From Hormiphora californensis (Eukaryota; Animalia; Ctenophora), in assembly GCA_020137815.1 (NCBI GenBank), contig CM035358.1:2604001-2668000 (forward strand): 64,000 bases of DNA, in the 5' to 3' direction. The translations under genes were made by a program, and so were the position numbers. Positions 62,004-64,000 of the stretch are shown piece after piece. How positions within the stretch are numbered: the first letter of the stretch is position 1; the number at the start of each line of letters is the position of its first letter. Under the pieces are notes generated by a model. It did not search any database and was not told where the DNA came from. It worked only from the letters and a program-made list of their open reading frames with translations.

Positions 62004-63640
62004 ATGCCGGCCTCAAAATTAGATTTGATTGAGACTCACCTGGTATGAGTGGTATGTTAAAGATTTCTCTATAAACACTGTCTATGACAATGTAGTAAAT
62101 TTAATATTTCTTTTTCTAACACCCGCCCTCCATTGTTAGCCAGAGTTGTGGTTTCCAATCTCGAACAAACAACAGACTTTCTTTAGTGATTCCATAGACT
62201 TTTTTCGCTTGCAGAATAGTTCTCCTAACTACAGTATATCATTGCATGGTCCTAACCCTTTGATTATCCTATTTCGATTTGTCTAGGTCAGACTTTACAA
62301 TAAAAAAGATCTACTCGTTTACCCAATTGACCTTACCACCAGTGTGTGTAGGAGAGATGGAGAAGCTAATAACACAAGCCCAGTATCAGGCTACCAGCGC
62401 AGGTGCAACGCTTTACCTTATCGTGATACCCATTATCTATGCGGCCATCTTTCACCTTACTGACTCCAACATTGCCCTACACGTGAGTAAAACATTATCA
62501 TATATGGTCATAACTCCATATATGGTCATATCACGTGACATTTCCCAGTTAGGAGAGGAAAGCAATGAGGCTATTGTGGCCAAGGCTCTTCAGTTCGCTG
62601 GTACCGCAATAGGATGTGTGGTGGCGGGGATTCTCAGTGACAATTTTGGGAGAAAGGTACAGTTATTGAATCACTTGACATTACATTTTGGGGGGATCAC
62701 ACAGATCCGATTGCCATATTTTTCTATTTCTGCTTTCTTTTCGTTCCCCCGTGGGGGGCCAGGGATTTTCATTCTTTGTTCCAGGTAGTCCTATTATCAG
62801 CGATACTATTGGAGGGGCTCAGTATGACCATGTTAATTGTATTCAGGGATTCCATCTGGGCAAGGACTACCATCGAGTGAGTAGAAATAGTTTACTAAAT
62901 CATTAACTTAATCATTCTGAATTGCTCCTGAAACTGATCATAGATTGATACTTATTAAAGTTCTAATATCTTGAAGTCTAACTAATGAATTGTTTCAAAA
63001 CCGCAGATTTTTCATTGGATTCTTTAGCTGCTACATTGTTCCTGCTCAAGCACTCTTGGGAGAATGGATGACTAGCTCACACCGCAGGCCAGCCCTAGCC
63101 GCGTCCTGGGTATCCATGTCACTAGGTAACAATCAATAAGTAACCATAGTAACCTAATGCGGTACCATATAAGTAATAGTAACTGATTAATAGATGTTAC
63201 CATGGTAGCTATGTATCACCCCTACAACTCCTCTACAGGTTTGGTGTTGGCGGGTGGCATTATGATGATATTTCCAAATAACGGGGAATTCCTTTCCATC
63301 GTAGTGGTCTTCCTCGCTGGCTTCCTAATTACAGGATTTCTTACTGTTGACGAGTCTATTAGATGGCTAGTAGCTACAGAACAGGTAGGCAGATACCCTC
63401 AAGATCTGTATTCTCCCGCCCCTGTACTGATAACTCAACTAAATATTTGATTCGAATTTTTCTGTTTCACACGAGTCACTATAATTGATCATTCCATCCG
63501 ACAGAAAGATAAAGTACAGTACCTTGTTAACCGGATAACCTACAGAGAGGGAGTGGATGTGATGGGATATGAAGAGGCGAGACATCCAGACACACCGACC
63601 CATTACAACATATTCCACCTTATATTGATACCACGGTCAC
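62004..63640 (+). CDS. MFS transporter, SLC22/organic-ion transporter-like (5' part; continues beyond window)
   Basis: GILSDNFGRK (MFS motif A), TM exons, EW...RR, DESIRWL (PESPRWL-like). The start codon and first splice junctions are uncertain. Confidence 0.82.
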
Positions 63641-63717
63641 GTGAGTACATTCTTCATACCATAGTTTAAATTGCCTTGCTCGACCCCTCTCCCTCCTTGC
63701 CCCACACCCCACGACAA

Positions 63718-64000
63718 TTTTTTCCCTGCCCGGGTGATTGCCGAAGGCAATCACCCGGGATGATGTTTTTAGCACGCACGTGCTAAAAAGATCATTCAGG
63801 GTTTAGAAATCAGCAGATTGTGTAGTTAACTAAAATGTCCGTCCGTCCGTCCGTCCACCGTTACACATAGCAACAAAGTCTGCTCCTTCATAAATCTTTC
63901 AACTCACACTTTGTTAATGCAACAAAGGAAATGATTAACACACATTGTGGCGCGCAATTCCTCACTCGTATCACTTCCTATTTTCACCTGAAATCACTTT
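63718..64000 (+). mobile_element. DINE-1/HINE-like (Helentron-associated) element, partial
   Basis: tttt-ccctg...caggg subterminal inverted pair, long hairpins, (gtcc)n microsatellite at 63837-63856. Confidence 0.55.

Overview
Eukaryotic (animal) genomic DNA with short GT-AG introns, abundant (AG)n/(CT)n microsatellites and many non-autonomous DNA transposons. The overall style, and a MITE at 47428 that I recall from Pleurobrachia-type gene models, suggest a ctenophore (inference only). Genes reconstructed by hand: a divergent Rho-family GTPase (574-6334); a thioredoxin + 3xNDK + acidic-tail NME8/dynein-IC1-like gene (7886-13495); a Q50 paired-class homeobox gene (minus strand); a tandem-duplicated small orphan gene whose second copy carries a MITE plus a 5'-truncated CR1-group LINE; ODR-4; a CstF-50 N-terminal-domain-like protein lacking WD40s; GPSM2/Pins (TPR + GoLoco); two tandem K2P potassium channels, one with an apparent frameshift and both sharing a conversion-like tract; a long S/T/P-rich gene; and the 5' part of an SLC22-like MFS transporter. 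Most unusual signals: three unrelated ~1.3-kb near-perfect palindromic elements with different TSD/terminus types; two families of tiny (21-83 bp) TSD-flanked micro-insertions that I cannot assign to a known superfamily; a MITE nested in a copy of itself; and a piggyBac-type element bracketed by a duplication of a channel gene's start region. Exon boundaries were read by eye and may be off by a few bases.
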